A stretch of DNA of 64,000 nt. Origin: Camelus dromedarius (Eukaryota). Positions 52,035 through 64,000 of this stretch are shown piece after piece. Positions within the stretch are counted from its first letter, which is position 1. Every line of letters begins with the position of its first letter. The DNA is taken from positions 71,426,001 through 71,490,000 of the forward strand of contig NC_087436.1 in assembly GCF_036321535.1 (NCBI RefSeq), in the 5' to 3' direction. The translations under genes and the position numbers were made by a program. The notes under the pieces are model-generated. The model was not told the origin of the DNA. It did no database searches and was given only the letters and a program-made list of their open reading frames with translations.

Positions 52035-53319
52035 CTAAAATCTAAGAAAAATAAACTTGCTACATCTGTGTAATATCATTAGCCACGGCAGCCAAATGAT
52101 AGGACATTGAAAACTAACTTTGTGTGTAAAATTGTCATAGAATGGCTAATGTGGAAATAAACCAAAGTTTCTAAAAATTCATGTCTTACTGGTAGTTTGC
52201 TGAACCAAATTAAAAGGGGGTAAGATTTATGATCACTGGTATTGATAGTTTAGGTACTTGTTGTAGTTAGAGACTAGTGAATTTTAAAGATATTTCATAT
52301 TGAATAGTTTATATATACCAAACCCATTTCTTGAAAGGCATTAAGGAAAAAAGAGAAGGCATTTTAAAAAGAGGTAGGAAGATACACACACACACACACA
52401 CACATATGGCATGCTATGTATCTTTGAAATTAATTCATCTTGACCATCTAAACCTTCTTTTAAGTAAAGCTGGGTTTGTTTGTTTGTTTAATATACTCAA
52501 GATGTACAGAGTTGAATTAATCATAATCTCTGGTTCATGACACACTCACCATTGGTCTATATATGGCCCCCTTGGTACATATGTATGAATACATTTTTAA
52601 TAATAACAGGCCTGTGTACCCCTATACCCATCATAAGAGCTAGACTTATAACAAAAACTGGTATCTCCCTGTGCTTCGCCTTCATCCTGTCCACCTTCAA
52701 CTCTCAGTCAAGGTGATTATTGTCCTGACTCCTGTGCATATTATTCCCTTGCTTTATATGCTTTATTTAAAAATAAAGTTATATTTTATAAGTATTCCTA
52801 AAAATATATATTACTCATTTTTACTGTTTTTAACTTTTAAAAGTGTATTACATTGTATATAATGTTCTGGAACTTTCTTTTTGACTAAATATTATATTGT
52901 GTATCATAATAGCATCCATCCACCTATATTTTTGGTTATAGATGTAACTTCACTTCTACGATTTATAACTATTTTAAACCTTTTTTCTTTTATCTTCTTA
53001 TAAATAATTTTCTGGATAAAATAAATGGATAGTATAGATCATTTGTACACATCTGTATAGTATTGAAAATGTTAATATTAATTCAAATGAGGCCAGTCCA
53101 AGATGATAGTCTTATGCTTCCACTCTGAATGGAAAGAACAAGACAAGTATCTAAGTAAGCAGTTTTGCTCCAAAACTAGAAATTAATGAGGCTAAGGTTT
53201 TACAACTATTCAAAAATATGAGATTAAGGGGTTTTTTCCAAATGTACCTGAAGGATTACATCATTACCAGTATATTTTAGCTGTTAAACTATTTTAACTA
53301 AAATATTGTAACCAAAACT

Positions 53320-53885
53320 TTCAAACATCATGAGCTGAGGGCAAAAGTGAGACGTAGGTGCCAGCCAGGCTTCCTGCCATGCCTGTTGTGCGGTGGGTAA
53401 GAGCACCTGCTGCGGGTCCTGAGTGCAGGTGCTGAGAGGATCTCTGCTGTGTGAACAGGGAGGACGCCGCCTCCCACATGGCACCTGGCAGTTTGATAAT
53501 GCCACCTTCCTAAGCCCACGTCGTTGATCGTGCCCTCCCACAGTGACCCTGGGCTTGACCATGTGACATGCTTTGGCCAAAGGGAAGTACAAGCTTGACT
53601 CAAACAGACACTTGAAAAAAGAACATGCACATTTCCTTTTCCTCTCTTGAACCCTGTCTCTGCCATGAGGACATGCCAGGGTGAGCCTGTGGAGGGATAC
53701 AAGAAACACATGAGGAGTCATCCCAGCCAAGGGTCTCCCAGATCAACCAGCTCAGGCCAACCTGATAGCTAATTTCAGAACCGTGAGCAAGCCTACCTGA
53801 GATCAGTCAGGCCCAGCCCAGACCATCAGAGCCCGCCTGCCTACTTACAACCTGGCAAGAAAAAATAAATGGTTATTGCTGTCGT
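53320..53885 (+). mobile_element. MaLR MLT1-type LTR
   Basis: gggcttgaccatgtgacatgctttggccaa...ccagcccagaccatcag...aataaatggttattgctg. Confidence 0.75.
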
Positions 53886-54475
53886 TTATCATTTCTAATT
53901 AGCATACACCTCAAAGTGGTCTTCTTAGGGTCACCTCCCTACTCACCCACAACTGGCGGGTGCTGCACAGTCGTCTCTCTCCGCCAACCTCTACCCCTGC
54001 TTCTTGGACAAATGTTCCAGGATAGCTTTCCAGTCTTATGGGTTGATGTCCTCCTCACTTATTTTTCCTACTCACAGTTCTCTGTCTAGTTTCTTCATCA
54101 CTGTTTCCTAATCCTTCCATCTCAACCTCCTACTCAATTAATTGTCCTCTTTGCTTCCATAATAGATCTTGGTGGCACAGGATAACCAGACACAAATGAT
54201 TGCCAAAAATCTGGTTTTTCTTCCTTGAAAGCAAAGAGACAGGCTTAATTTTCAAATGCTCTGAGAAGTTACGATATTACTTTGGTGTTGGGGTGGGAGT
54301 AATAGAGTTGGGGAGAAAATTGAGGCTCTTTGGATGCTTAGATCTTTCTTTCTAATGCACCCAAAAGAATAGGAAAAATGAAAAGGATAACCAAATTAAA
54401 ACAGGTCTAATATTTCTATCCTTCTGTACAGCACTCTTTTCATGTATGTGTAATCATTTAATACCAATGACTCAC

Positions 54476-54628
54476 ATCTTAAAAGACTTCATCCCCCTAT
54501 GAAGTTTCACCTATTTATGTTTACTGATGCTCAGAGAGCATATCACATGTATCACAACCATTCTGTCAATCACACTGACTATCTGGACTCTGACCCATTC
54601 CTCCTGCTCACTCACTGATGTCCACTGC
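54476..54628 (-). pseudogene. Candidate fossil exon
   Basis: Acceptor aacttcacag|g, donor GAT|gtgagt, 83-bp intron from previous exon. QWTSVSEQEEWVRVQIVSVIDRMVVIHVICSLSISKHK*VKLHRGMKSFK (one stop). Confidence 0.55.
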
Positions 54629-54711
54629 CTGTGAAGTTATTTGAGGCTGCCTTAACTTTAAAATTATGGTGGGAAGCACAGAAAGAATTAGCACTGTGCC
54701 AAGACTATTAC

Positions 54712-55301
54712 CTCCTGATTCTCCTGATATTACCAATCTCAGGTGCTATATTTAAGCCGGGGGTGGGGGTACTCTTCCAACTGCTGGTAGTGGAATATTC
54801 TTCCTACTGCTGTTTCATATCCACATGCCTGTGTGCTGCCAACAAGTCTCCGCTTGTCTCAAGGTTAGGATTTGCTTCAAGTCTCTCTTTCTGTCTCAGA
54901 CATTGTGTGAGGAGAGTAATACTTTCACAATAGATACTTTGCTGCCTTCTGCATCTCTACTGTATCCCATTTTCCTCTTTTTTGGCAGTCAACCTCTTCC
55001 ATGCTAATCAACTCATGCAAATAGATATCTTCAGACCACCCAGTATATTCGCTTCATAAATTTTCCTGTGTTTGCATGAATCTCAGTGGTAGGTGCAACT
55101 TGGGCTCAGGTTGGGGTGGGACCCCTCCCTTCATATAGCCGTAGGAGAGCTTTAATATGCTATTACTGTAGACATCATCACATTAATACAATTCTTTCAT
55201 CTTCATTCTCTCACCAGATGATCAGATCACAGAAAAGGATAGGTCTGAGTTGTTTCCAATATCTCATTAAACTTTTTAGTCCTCATCCCTCTGGGCTTAA
55301 A
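54712..55301 (-). pseudogene. Candidate fossil exon
   Basis: Very strong acceptor ttcctttctctcttcacag|ttt, donor GAG|gtaata. Protein-like stretches in several frames (FKPRGMRTKKFNEILETTQTYPFL; YTGWSEDIYLHELISMEEVDCQKRGKWDTVEMQKAAKYLL), implying frameshifts. Confidence 0.55.
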
Positions 55302-55877
55302 CTGTGAAGAGAGAAAGGAATTCCCACATCTCTGCTCCCCAACAAACCTACCACACCTGCATAGTATCTGGTACATGGAAAGCACTTAATACATATTTGA
55401 TGAATGAAGGAATGTACAAACACCTCCCTACTCACCCACAACTTCAGATTCAAGGAACATGAAAGCAGCAGAAGTGGAAAAAAAGAAAAAGACAAGAAGA
55501 GAAAAGGGCAGGAGTGACTGGTCCAAGCTGCATCATGCACAGAGAACTTGCAAATACTTAAATGCAGGAGAGAGTGTGATAGTTGTTCTAATCATCAATA
55601 AGTATCGGTTGGAATTTTTTAGAATAAATATCAAGTTGAGATACGATGTAAAGATAGAGTGCAATGCCTGCTTCAAATAATCTTCAACATTTGAAGGAAT
55701 ATGTTGATATGTTTCTTGACATCTGCCTTACCTCACACCATGACTAAGAAACGAAGAATTCTATTTGATTTCCAAAACACAGCATTTGGAAACTAATTTT
55801 TGTCGTTGTCAATCAAGATTAGATTTATTTTACTGATGGCTGAAATGGAATCAACCATATTTATGGGAAATAGAGTA

Positions 55878-56088
55878 AAGTTGACCCTTACTGTGGAGTT
55901 TAGGGGGTGCTAACCCTGGGTGCAGTCAGAAATCTGCCTCTAACTTGCAGCCGGCCCTCATTACACGTGCTTTCTCCTCACACTCAACCAACCAAGTATC
56001 GTGCAGTACTGTGGTGCCTACTACTGAAAAAAATTCTGCATGTAAGTGGACCCGCACAGTTCAGATCCATGTGTGCAAAGGTCAACAG
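55878..56088 (+). mobile_element. MER8 (Tigger-family MITE)
   Basis: TIRs agttgaccct / aaggtcaaca flanked by TA; aagtggacccgcacagttca. Confidence 0.8.
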
Positions 56089-57562
56089 TACTTATGTTCA
56101 AAGGCCTGTCCTCCCAGTAGGTGGAGCTACAGTGCTTGTGGAGCGGGAGTCAGTCCTGTTCTCTTTCTGAATACCAGCACAGAGATGGAACTGCTCAGGC
56201 CCAGACCTGAGTTGTCCTGCCCTGATATTTGGTTTTCACATTGTCTCTCATTGTTTTTGTATATTGTGCATCCAGATAATTTGGGTTGTTTTTAAAAGTT
56301 GCACATTCTAGGAAACGGTTATTTTTTAAAAAGTACTCCAATGACCCTATATTACAGCCGAGATAAATAACCACTGGCCTGGCAGAGGAAAGAAAACACA
56401 TTCAAAAGTAAGACTATAGAGGGACAGTAATACCATAAAATAAAAGCCTCTTATAACAAGCATTTGTGAATTTCAGCATTTAATACAATAACTCAAAACT
56501 TAGCTGCAAATACAATGTTTTTCGTTTATTAAAAACATGGGTCTTTTTTGCCTAATTTTTGGAAAACAAAAAAGGGTTTGTTTTTTTTAAATCTCTGTTT
56601 CAAGCCTAAAATGTGTTGAATTTTTAAGAGGAGGCATATATATAGATAGATAATACGTTAGTGTAGTCTTTTGTCTTTCACCATTCCTTGCCTTTTCCAA
56701 TAAATTGAAGTCTGACAGAAGCAGCAAATGAATACAATGATTTCTGGAAGCTCTTTACAGTTGCCCAATAATAAGCACTTTTTGTTTCACGCAGCAGTTA
56801 AAGGACAGAACGCTACCAGACAGAGAAGGGTGGTCTTATTGTAAATGCACAAGAAGACCAGGCAAGGGTAGCAGCCACTTCAAAGTTAGCCTTAATTTCC
56901 ACTTTGGTTTATGGTTATCATAGTTGTATGGGAAACCCAAAATGTCATTCCCACTGTGACATTTCCAGCAGAGTCTCATTCTCTGCGAAGCTGATAAAGC
57001 ATAACTTTCTGACTTGCATAGGCGATTCTAAGGCCCCATGAGGGACCTAGAAATGTGTTTTTTTAGAAGTTGCAAAATATAAAAAATTTCACTGCAGTTA
57101 GGTAAAACCACTGACTCTTTCCATTCAGCTTTCCTCTGTCATACTTTCCCTTACATTGGGTAGTGTTGGAAGAGGTGCAAGCATTCTGGGGATCTTGTTA
57201 AGGGAGATCTGAGGTCAGTTTTAGTTTAGCTTAGTAGGATATAGGTATGGGATTTACAGTCATTTCCATGTATAGTTAACTTACGGGTGGCAAGGTGTCA
57301 TATGCTAGTAAATGGCAGAGCTAGGACTCACACCTGTCTTAGTCTGATTATATATTGCACTGAACACTCCAATTAGACCGCCCTTCATGTGCTCAGTGAT
57401 CCATGAGCAGACCTTCTTATGATGGCTTATCTTCAGGATCCTGCCAGGAAGTGATACTATGTCCCTACTCCTCTCTGGCTCCGAGAGCTTTTTTTCCCTT
57501 TGCCTTTTTGCCTGTTCCTGTCTTACTGTCACACCATACTTTATCCAGACTGGACTGCTCAC

Positions 57563-57752
57563 CTTTGCTGGAATAGAACTATTCATCTCACAAGCCCGAA
57601 ATGTCAATTACTTGATATACTTGATATACTATTAAAAATTAATATCTAAAAAAATTAATGGGAAGTTCTCCTGTATTGCTGTATTGCTACTTCTGAAGCC
57701 ATGTATCCATGTCCACTTTCTATATTCTCTCTCTTTACACAAAAACACTATG
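57563..57752 (-). pseudogene. Candidate fossil exon
   Basis: Acceptor acacattcag|c, donor AAG|gtgagc. Frame IVFLCKEREYRKWTWIHGFRSSNTAIQENFPLIFLDINF**YIKYIK*LTFRACEMNSSIPAK, in frame with track ORF 57305-57607. Confidence 0.4.
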
Positions 57753-58689
57753 CTGAATGTGTAGTAATAAAGGTGAGGTATACAGTTATTCCAGATGCAC
57801 AAGCATGTTAGATATTTTGGGTAGCAAGTGGCTGCAATCCACTTGAAAAAGAAACCATCATGAGTACCATCATTTGGTAAATTAGCTGTTCTCTAAAGGA
57901 AAGTGATATAAATGCCATGAAAATATTGCCGTTCTTACTACCTTTGCCATACAACTGACTGATTCTTTGGATGGCTGTATACAAATAATTAACATTATAA
58001 GGAAAATGGAAAAACCTACTTAAATACAAAAAAGAGAATAAGACTATGTAATAAGTGGAAGAAAAGATAAATAGTTAAATATCATATATGTGAGGAAAAA
58101 TCTCTGGAAAAAGTATGTTTATATATAAACATATACAGTTATATACATTATTATAGATGTATTGATATCAAGGATATGTAACAATTTACAAATAATATTA
58201 AAATACATAAGATTTCATTATAAATTATATATAGCCAATTAATTCTCAGAGAATAAATGCTTTCTTTGGTTTTTAGATAAATAACTCTTGTTTCTATAGC
58301 TAATGGTTGCAATTGATGAGTAAGTGTATTTTGGACATGACCTAGGTGGATACTTTCATTTACACTAATGAGTGAAACAATGAAGACATATGTTGGGACT
58401 TCACTCATTCCTCAATGATTCAAGAACTGTTTTGATTAATAAGATACTAGTTTTTGAATACAGGAAAAATATTTCTTCAACTTTTGGTGTTACTCACATA
58501 GTAATGGCTACAGACACAGCACATTTTTAAGTTTGGTCACCATTATTAACATTTTCTCCATTATTTTATGTCTAGACAATCAACAAAACAATAAATCAAG
58601 ACCTGATTTGCATTTGCCAATTTCTGTGGTGGAAATATTCCCACCACGGTCAATTTCAATCTCATTGTTAGGAAGAGATGCACATCATT

Positions 58690-58800
58690 ACAGCTGCCCA
58701 TCAATGTCTGCAGGGGACTCATTCCAGGGTCCCCTGCAGAAACCAAAATCCATGGATGCTCAAATTCCTTATATAAAATGGTATAGTATTTGTATATCCC
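58690..58800 (+). mobile_element. MER2 (Tigger-family) 5' fragment, followed by a short L1 tail (about 58805-58890)
   Basis: ttccagggtcccctgcagaaaccaaaatccatggatgctcaaattccttatataaaatggtatagtatttg. Confidence 0.8.
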
Positions 58801-59782
58801 ACTAAACAAGACTATAACTGAACCACTTTGCTGTACACCTAAAACTAACATATTGTAATTCAACCATACTTCAATTTAAAAAAAAAAAACACTCTTTAGA
58901 CATGGTACATGCTCAAAGATGGGAACCAACTATTCATTTTAGCTGTCTTGATTAGACACTAATTAACCATTTTGGTTGGCAACTTTTAACTCAATTCCAC
59001 TGAACAAAGTGCTCTGAAGTAAACATTTTGTTAAAATATGTCATCAGGATAATTCATGTTACCACTGACATATGCTCTATTCTATTTCCCTCTCTCTCCA
59101 GGTTTTTTTGGCTTCTTATAAATACTAAATTGTTACTCTTGGTTCAGTGTCCTAAATGGCAACCAAGGAACTTGGAAACATTAATATGACTTCATAAAAG
59201 AGCTCACTCTTAAAAATTGGCTTAGATTTTTCAGAAGATGGCAAAATATGCCTTCTGTATAATATTCAGTGGCTGTGTGAAGTCTATGTGTTCAAGTGTG
59301 TTTCTGTATCAAGAAATATTTCAAAGGTGCAAAAGTTATAGTAGCTCCAGTGTTCCAGCTAAGAAATTATGAGACCCAAAACATCATTAAAAATTAAAAA
59401 CCAAAATGACCACAGTCGACATGACAGAATAAGGACTAGAATCTGAATAGAGATTGCTTCTAGCTTGGCCTTCAGATATCAGAGAGTCATTACATGGGAT
59501 AAAGGATCCACTTTCCTTTGGAGAATAAGTTATATGGCCAAATTTCACCCTAAATTTTCTAGTGATACTTGAAAAAAAGTCATTTTTCTCCTAGCTTCAA
59601 AACAATCTTTATTATTATTCCAAATTCATGCATTTTGGTCTTTGCGAACAAGGCTGAGAATTCCTAAATTAATAACCAGCACTTATTTCTGGAATGTCTA
59701 AACGCAAGAAATGCCTAAACATTCTGAGGTTCTTTCATCCATTGGATTACTTCCAAAGAGAAGATCAAGAAAAGAAGTTATA

Positions 59783-60030
59783 CAAACACACACTATTATA
59801 TATAAAATAGATAAACAACAAGGACCTACTGTATAGCACACAGAACTATATTCAATATTTTGTAATAGCCTATAGTGGAAAAGAAATTGAAAAAGAATAT
59901 ATATATGTATGTATATATATATATATATATATATGAATCATTTTGCTGTACACTTGAAACTGACACTGTAAATCAACTATGCTTCAATTAAAAATTTTTA
60001 AACAAAAATTTATAAAGAATCATTTTTTTA
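59783..60030 (+). mobile_element. Short L1 3' end
   Basis: L1 3'UTR; perfect 13-bp TSD aaaagaagttata at 59770-59782 and 60031-60043. Confidence 0.9.
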
Positions 60031-60694
60031 AAAAGAAGTTATAACCTGCTAAATAAACATATTTCAGGAAGTCAGAAAGAGCTGCTGTCAGATCCTGCCT
60101 GATGAAGCATTTCAAGAGGAGGATAGAGGTAAGGTTCGAAGAAGCCAAGATACAACCTTCCTATAGTCCAAGGAGCCCTAGAAAGAAAGATTTATCTTCA
60201 GGAAACCAGACAACAGGAAACTCCAAACCAGCTACAGATGACTTCTGGGGCCAATCCAGTCAATCTAAGTAAAGAGAGGGAGGTAACCCATTTGTGTGTT
60301 AGACATTGAAAGAAACATTCTCTATATAGCACGTGTGGTTGGAATGGAGTCCTTGAATTAGTCAAAGTAAGACAGATCTGAAAAGCCTTTTTATTCTTAG
60401 GCCCACTAAAACTTGTATTACACATCAAAATTTCCTTCCCAGGAAGTCGTTGGGCTTGGAACCTTAAAATCTGTGGCTCTGGAGTCAGAACTGGGAAATG
60501 ACATCAAAGAAGACTAACTGAGAACAAAGGAAAGGTTTCCAGTTTCTCATTCTTCCCTTCAACCCCTTACTAGCCATTCTCAATTCCTGTCCCCTGTTTT
60601 GATTTTGGTGCAAAGAAGGTACAAATAAAAAGGACAGGCTGTTCAAATGACCTATCAATAATAAGGTAAGAAGCTTTTCAAAAAGTATCCAGTT

Positions 60695-60833
60695 GGGAAG
60701 GGTATAGCTCAGAGGTAGAGTGCATGCTTAGTGTGCACAAGGTCCTATACCCAGTTCCTAGTACCTCCATTAAAAACAAACAAACAAACAAACAAATCTA
60801 ATTACCTTCCCCCTAAAAAAAAAAAAGAAGAAG
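60695..60833 (+). mobile_element. tRNA-Ala-derived SINE (camelid vic-1-like)
   Basis: Same head with degenerate B box; TSD aagtatccag on both sides. Confidence 0.85.
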
Positions 60834-63129
60834 AAGTATCCAGGTTCTAAGCCAAAGGATTCTAGACTATGAAAGAAAGGAGGACAAGAGAGTTCGAGTT
60901 CAAAAGTGATTGGGTGATGGAATCTGGAGCAATTCCCTTAGCAAAGCGGGTAGCTGCCCCAGCTTTTATTACATCCCATTAATCAGATAGCACCCTAATG
61001 GCTTAAGGCTAATGTCCTACTGCTGACTATATAAGTGACAACTTTATTATCGAGGTTAATAGTACTCAACCCATTTTTTGCATCACAGACCTCTTTGAAA
61101 ATATCATGAAAGCTTCTGATCCTCAATCCACCACAATGTATGTAATTTACACACAAAATTATGCATACATTTTTCTTGAAGTTCAAAGACCATAGCTCAT
61201 GAAGTGCTACAAATTTTGGTGCAAAAAAGTCAAAACAAATATGAAACCAAGAAAGAAACAGCTCAGTCGAAACAGGACTGTTAAACTACTAACATTATAA
61301 AGAAAAAGTCATTAGTTTCCCTCCCAGCTGCTGGTGAGGAGTGGTAGTCATGGCAACACTCGCACTTTTATCTCTTAGCTCTTAGGAAAACGGTTTGACC
61401 TCTACACCCATAATTTCCTACAACATCTGATGATCTGAAGGCCAGAAAGCTAATGAGAGGAAGGCCTTGTTGCTATTTCATGATTAGAACCAACACAGAG
61501 TCCCCTGTCAGTTTGCACAGGGTAACTATGTTCCTGGTGAGGGGCCCCAATCACAGTCATAAATACAGTACCAGAAAAGAGGGTTGAATCCCAAACCAGA
61601 GAGCAGGCTCCCTCCAGAACTTCCTTCTGCCTTATAGGACATGAAATGGTGAGGGAGAGGAAGAAAAACTTCTACCTTTTGGTCACCTCTGATGGCAAGT
61701 CCAAAATTCCCCATTACCTGAGAAGGAAAGCCAATTGGCCAGGTCACACTCCTCTGGACAATGTCCTCACTGCCTCACCCAACTTTTCCATTTATGGCCT
61801 CATTTTGGTTTAATCTGGAACACAAGATCAAGAGTATTTTTGATCAAATGATAAAATATAAGTGGGCAGTTTGGTTTAAAAATGTCAGTTCACGTGAAGA
61901 TATTATAGTTGTCTTTGTAAGCGGAGGAGAATTTTCCCTCAAATGGCATAGGGATTATAGAAAAGTGGGTAGGAGAGACTGAAAAAGCATTCATGGGAGT
62001 GCTCATGATTTCTTGCCTTCTCTTTCAGGACAAGCATTAGAACAGACAACGCATGTGCTGTGGGTGAAGTTACTCCTAGACTTGAGGAAGCATCAGCAAT
62101 TTGGGTAGTTTGTGTTTTGTGAGTGTGTGTGTTTTTCTGAGAGAGAAAAAAAAAAGCATTTAAATTTTACTTTTTGATTTAATTCTTCTTTTAATACAGA
62201 AAAAAATCCAAAAAAGTTTACATCCTTCCCCAATATCTCTGTAATAGTAAAACATCTTTAAATCTGGTGTATTTTTACTATGGTGTCAAGCCATATTAGC
62301 TCAAAATTTAAATAGAAGAGCAGACACAGTGGGTCACATTTGCTCAGATTTATTCTAACTTATATTCAATAAAAATGGAAATTTCCTAGATATGTTAATA
62401 ATTACAATACTTAAAGTAAATTAGCAGGACTTTTTATATGTTTAAATTGTCTCTCACCAGCAAAGACCTTGACTGGTTTTCAAGTTGATAATTGTACTTT
62501 CCATAGTAATGGCATTGTATACTTTTCTTCAAAGTGCCTTAGCATACACAATATCCTTGGGATAAACTTATAAGTAGGTTAGGTGGTTATTATCCCATTT
62601 TTCTGTGGGTAAATGGAAATCTGAGAAAGATCTAAGACTTCCACTTGCTCAAGATTATTTAGAGACAACAGCAAGACATTAGTTATCCTGACCTGCTAAC
62701 TATCCAAGTGCTCTCTCTCTCTGAATCTTTCTCCTTCTTACCACGTTACATCTGTATTGTTCTTGAGGCCTTTAAATGTAGGACCAAAAAGACATTTGGT
62801 TTCTTTCTCCATTATCTGGCTTCTCCCTTTTATACTTAAAAACTGTCATCGGAAGAGATTCTTCCTAATGTTAAGCTCTGTGTTTCCTGCCTCCAATATG
62901 AAGGAAAGATGATAGTCCTAATGGCTCAGACTGGGTATGCTATAGCAAGACGCATGTGAGTTAAGAAAATCACAAGTCATTAATAAACGAGATTGTCTCA
63001 GCCGCCAACATCATTCTCTTGAAACTCCTCAACTGCTTTATGTCACTTTTCTTCTACAGTTTGTTCTTTAGAGAGTAAAGAGATTTTAAAACTTACCAAT
63101 TTTGTAAAAACTTAATTCAAGTTGTGTCA

Positions 63130-64000
63130 TTTCCTAACTTAGTACCATCCAGTGGTTTTCCATTACCTTTAGAGGAGTGTCCAACTTCTTAATAAGGCCC
63201 TTGAGATCCTAGTTGATCGGGTCCCTGCATTGGTTAGCCATTGCCATAATAGTACTTTAAAAACAACCACAAAACTCAAGTATTTCAATCATTTATTCTC
63301 ATAGATCTGCTAGTTGGCTGAGTTGGTCTCACTGGAGCAGAACTGCTTCAGGCTGCAACAGTTTAGAAGGTTCCACATGCGTCTCTCATCCTTCTCCTGG
63401 GACCAATGAACTAGCTGCAGTAGAAATGGAAATGTGCCCGACTTCTTAAATCTCTGGTCAGAACTGGCATCCTGTCCTCTCTGCCCACTTGCCATTAGCC
63501 AAAGAACATTATGTGGATGATTCCAAGGTTGAAGAGCAAAAGATACATTGTAATCTCAATGAGACAGTGAGAGGTAAAGGACTGGGGCCAGTTATTGATA
63601 TACCACATGCTTTAACCTCATCTTCTAATATTTTCTCCTATTTCAACTCCTTTTTCCCTAGACTGGGATTTTTGTTGTTCCTCAAGTGTACAGGCTCATC
63701 CCAACTTCAGGGCACCAGCCTTTACTGTTCTCTCCCTGGAATAGATTTCTCCTAGACATTTCATGAGAGAATGGGTTCATTCTCTCATTTTGTCCAAATA
63801 CCTCTTAAGTGCCAACTCCTTTGGAAATCCTTCCCTGATTACCATATCTAAAATAGCTACCACACCTACTACACATATACATATCTCATCATTTTCCATT
63901 CTGTTATCTTGCTTTAATTTTCTTTATAGGAGTTATCCAAAGCACTATAAAAAACTCTGTGTATCTCCATCATTCTGTTACAAGTTCCTTGAGGGATCTG
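63130..64000. mobile_element. L2 fragment with an old MLT1-type LTR (about 63232-63610) inserted
   Basis: ccagtggttttccattacc...tccaacttcttaataaggcc and ccttccctgattaccatatctaaaatagc (L2); aacaaccacaaaactca...atttattctcatagatctgc (MLT). Confidence 0.65.

Larger units (their letters stand above)
7330..57752 (-). pseudogene. Putative ancient unprocessed pseudogene of a very large unidentified protein (about 30 candidate exons)
   Basis: Repeat-free blocks repeatedly bounded on the minus strand by polypyrimidine-AG acceptors and GT donors. Short GT-AG introns: 54629-54711, 39383-39600, 38722-38964, 31905-31994, 23429-23538, 18659-18821, 14253-14346, 8209-8458. Translations look protein-like with scattered stops, many TGA. 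Outer limits uncertain. Confidence 0.7.

Noticed and set aside
54540..54610. EEWVRVQIVSVID as a Tudor-domain strand
   Set aside because: No downstream F-x-D-Y-G-N motif; too short to call.
57300..57350. GGT|gtgagt donor ending ORF 57305-57607
   Set aside because: It lies within a MIR-like segment (gctagtaaatggcagagctaggactcacacc).
1..64000. Prokaryotic systems (CRISPR arrays, operons, IS elements) or an intact functional gene
   Set aside because: The sequence is mammalian and repeat-rich, with no regularly spaced repeats. No exon chain can be spliced without multiple stops.

Overview
AT-rich mammalian genomic DNA, very probably camelid, judging from five copies of a tRNA-Ala(AGC)-derived SINE of the vic-1 type. 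No intact protein-coding gene, RNA gene or CRISPR array is supported; the ORF-track entries are L1/ERVL fragments or chance frames. Repeats include L1s (two with twin-priming inversions, one lacking ORF2), a degenerate ERVL gag-pro, MLT/ERV LTRs, MER53/MER20/MER8/MER2 transposons and MIR/L2. The main result is a set of about 30 exon-shaped segments in the unique sequence between the repeats, all on the minus strand (about 57750 down to 7330). Most have strong polypyrimidine-AG acceptors and GTRAGT-like donors, several are joined by short 83-250 bp introns, and they translate into protein-like but stop/frameshift-riddled peptides. I read this as the fossil of a very large multi-exon gene (about 10 kb coding, >3000 codons) whose family I cannot recognise. 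This is inferred from splice-site pattern and hand translation and needs a homology search.
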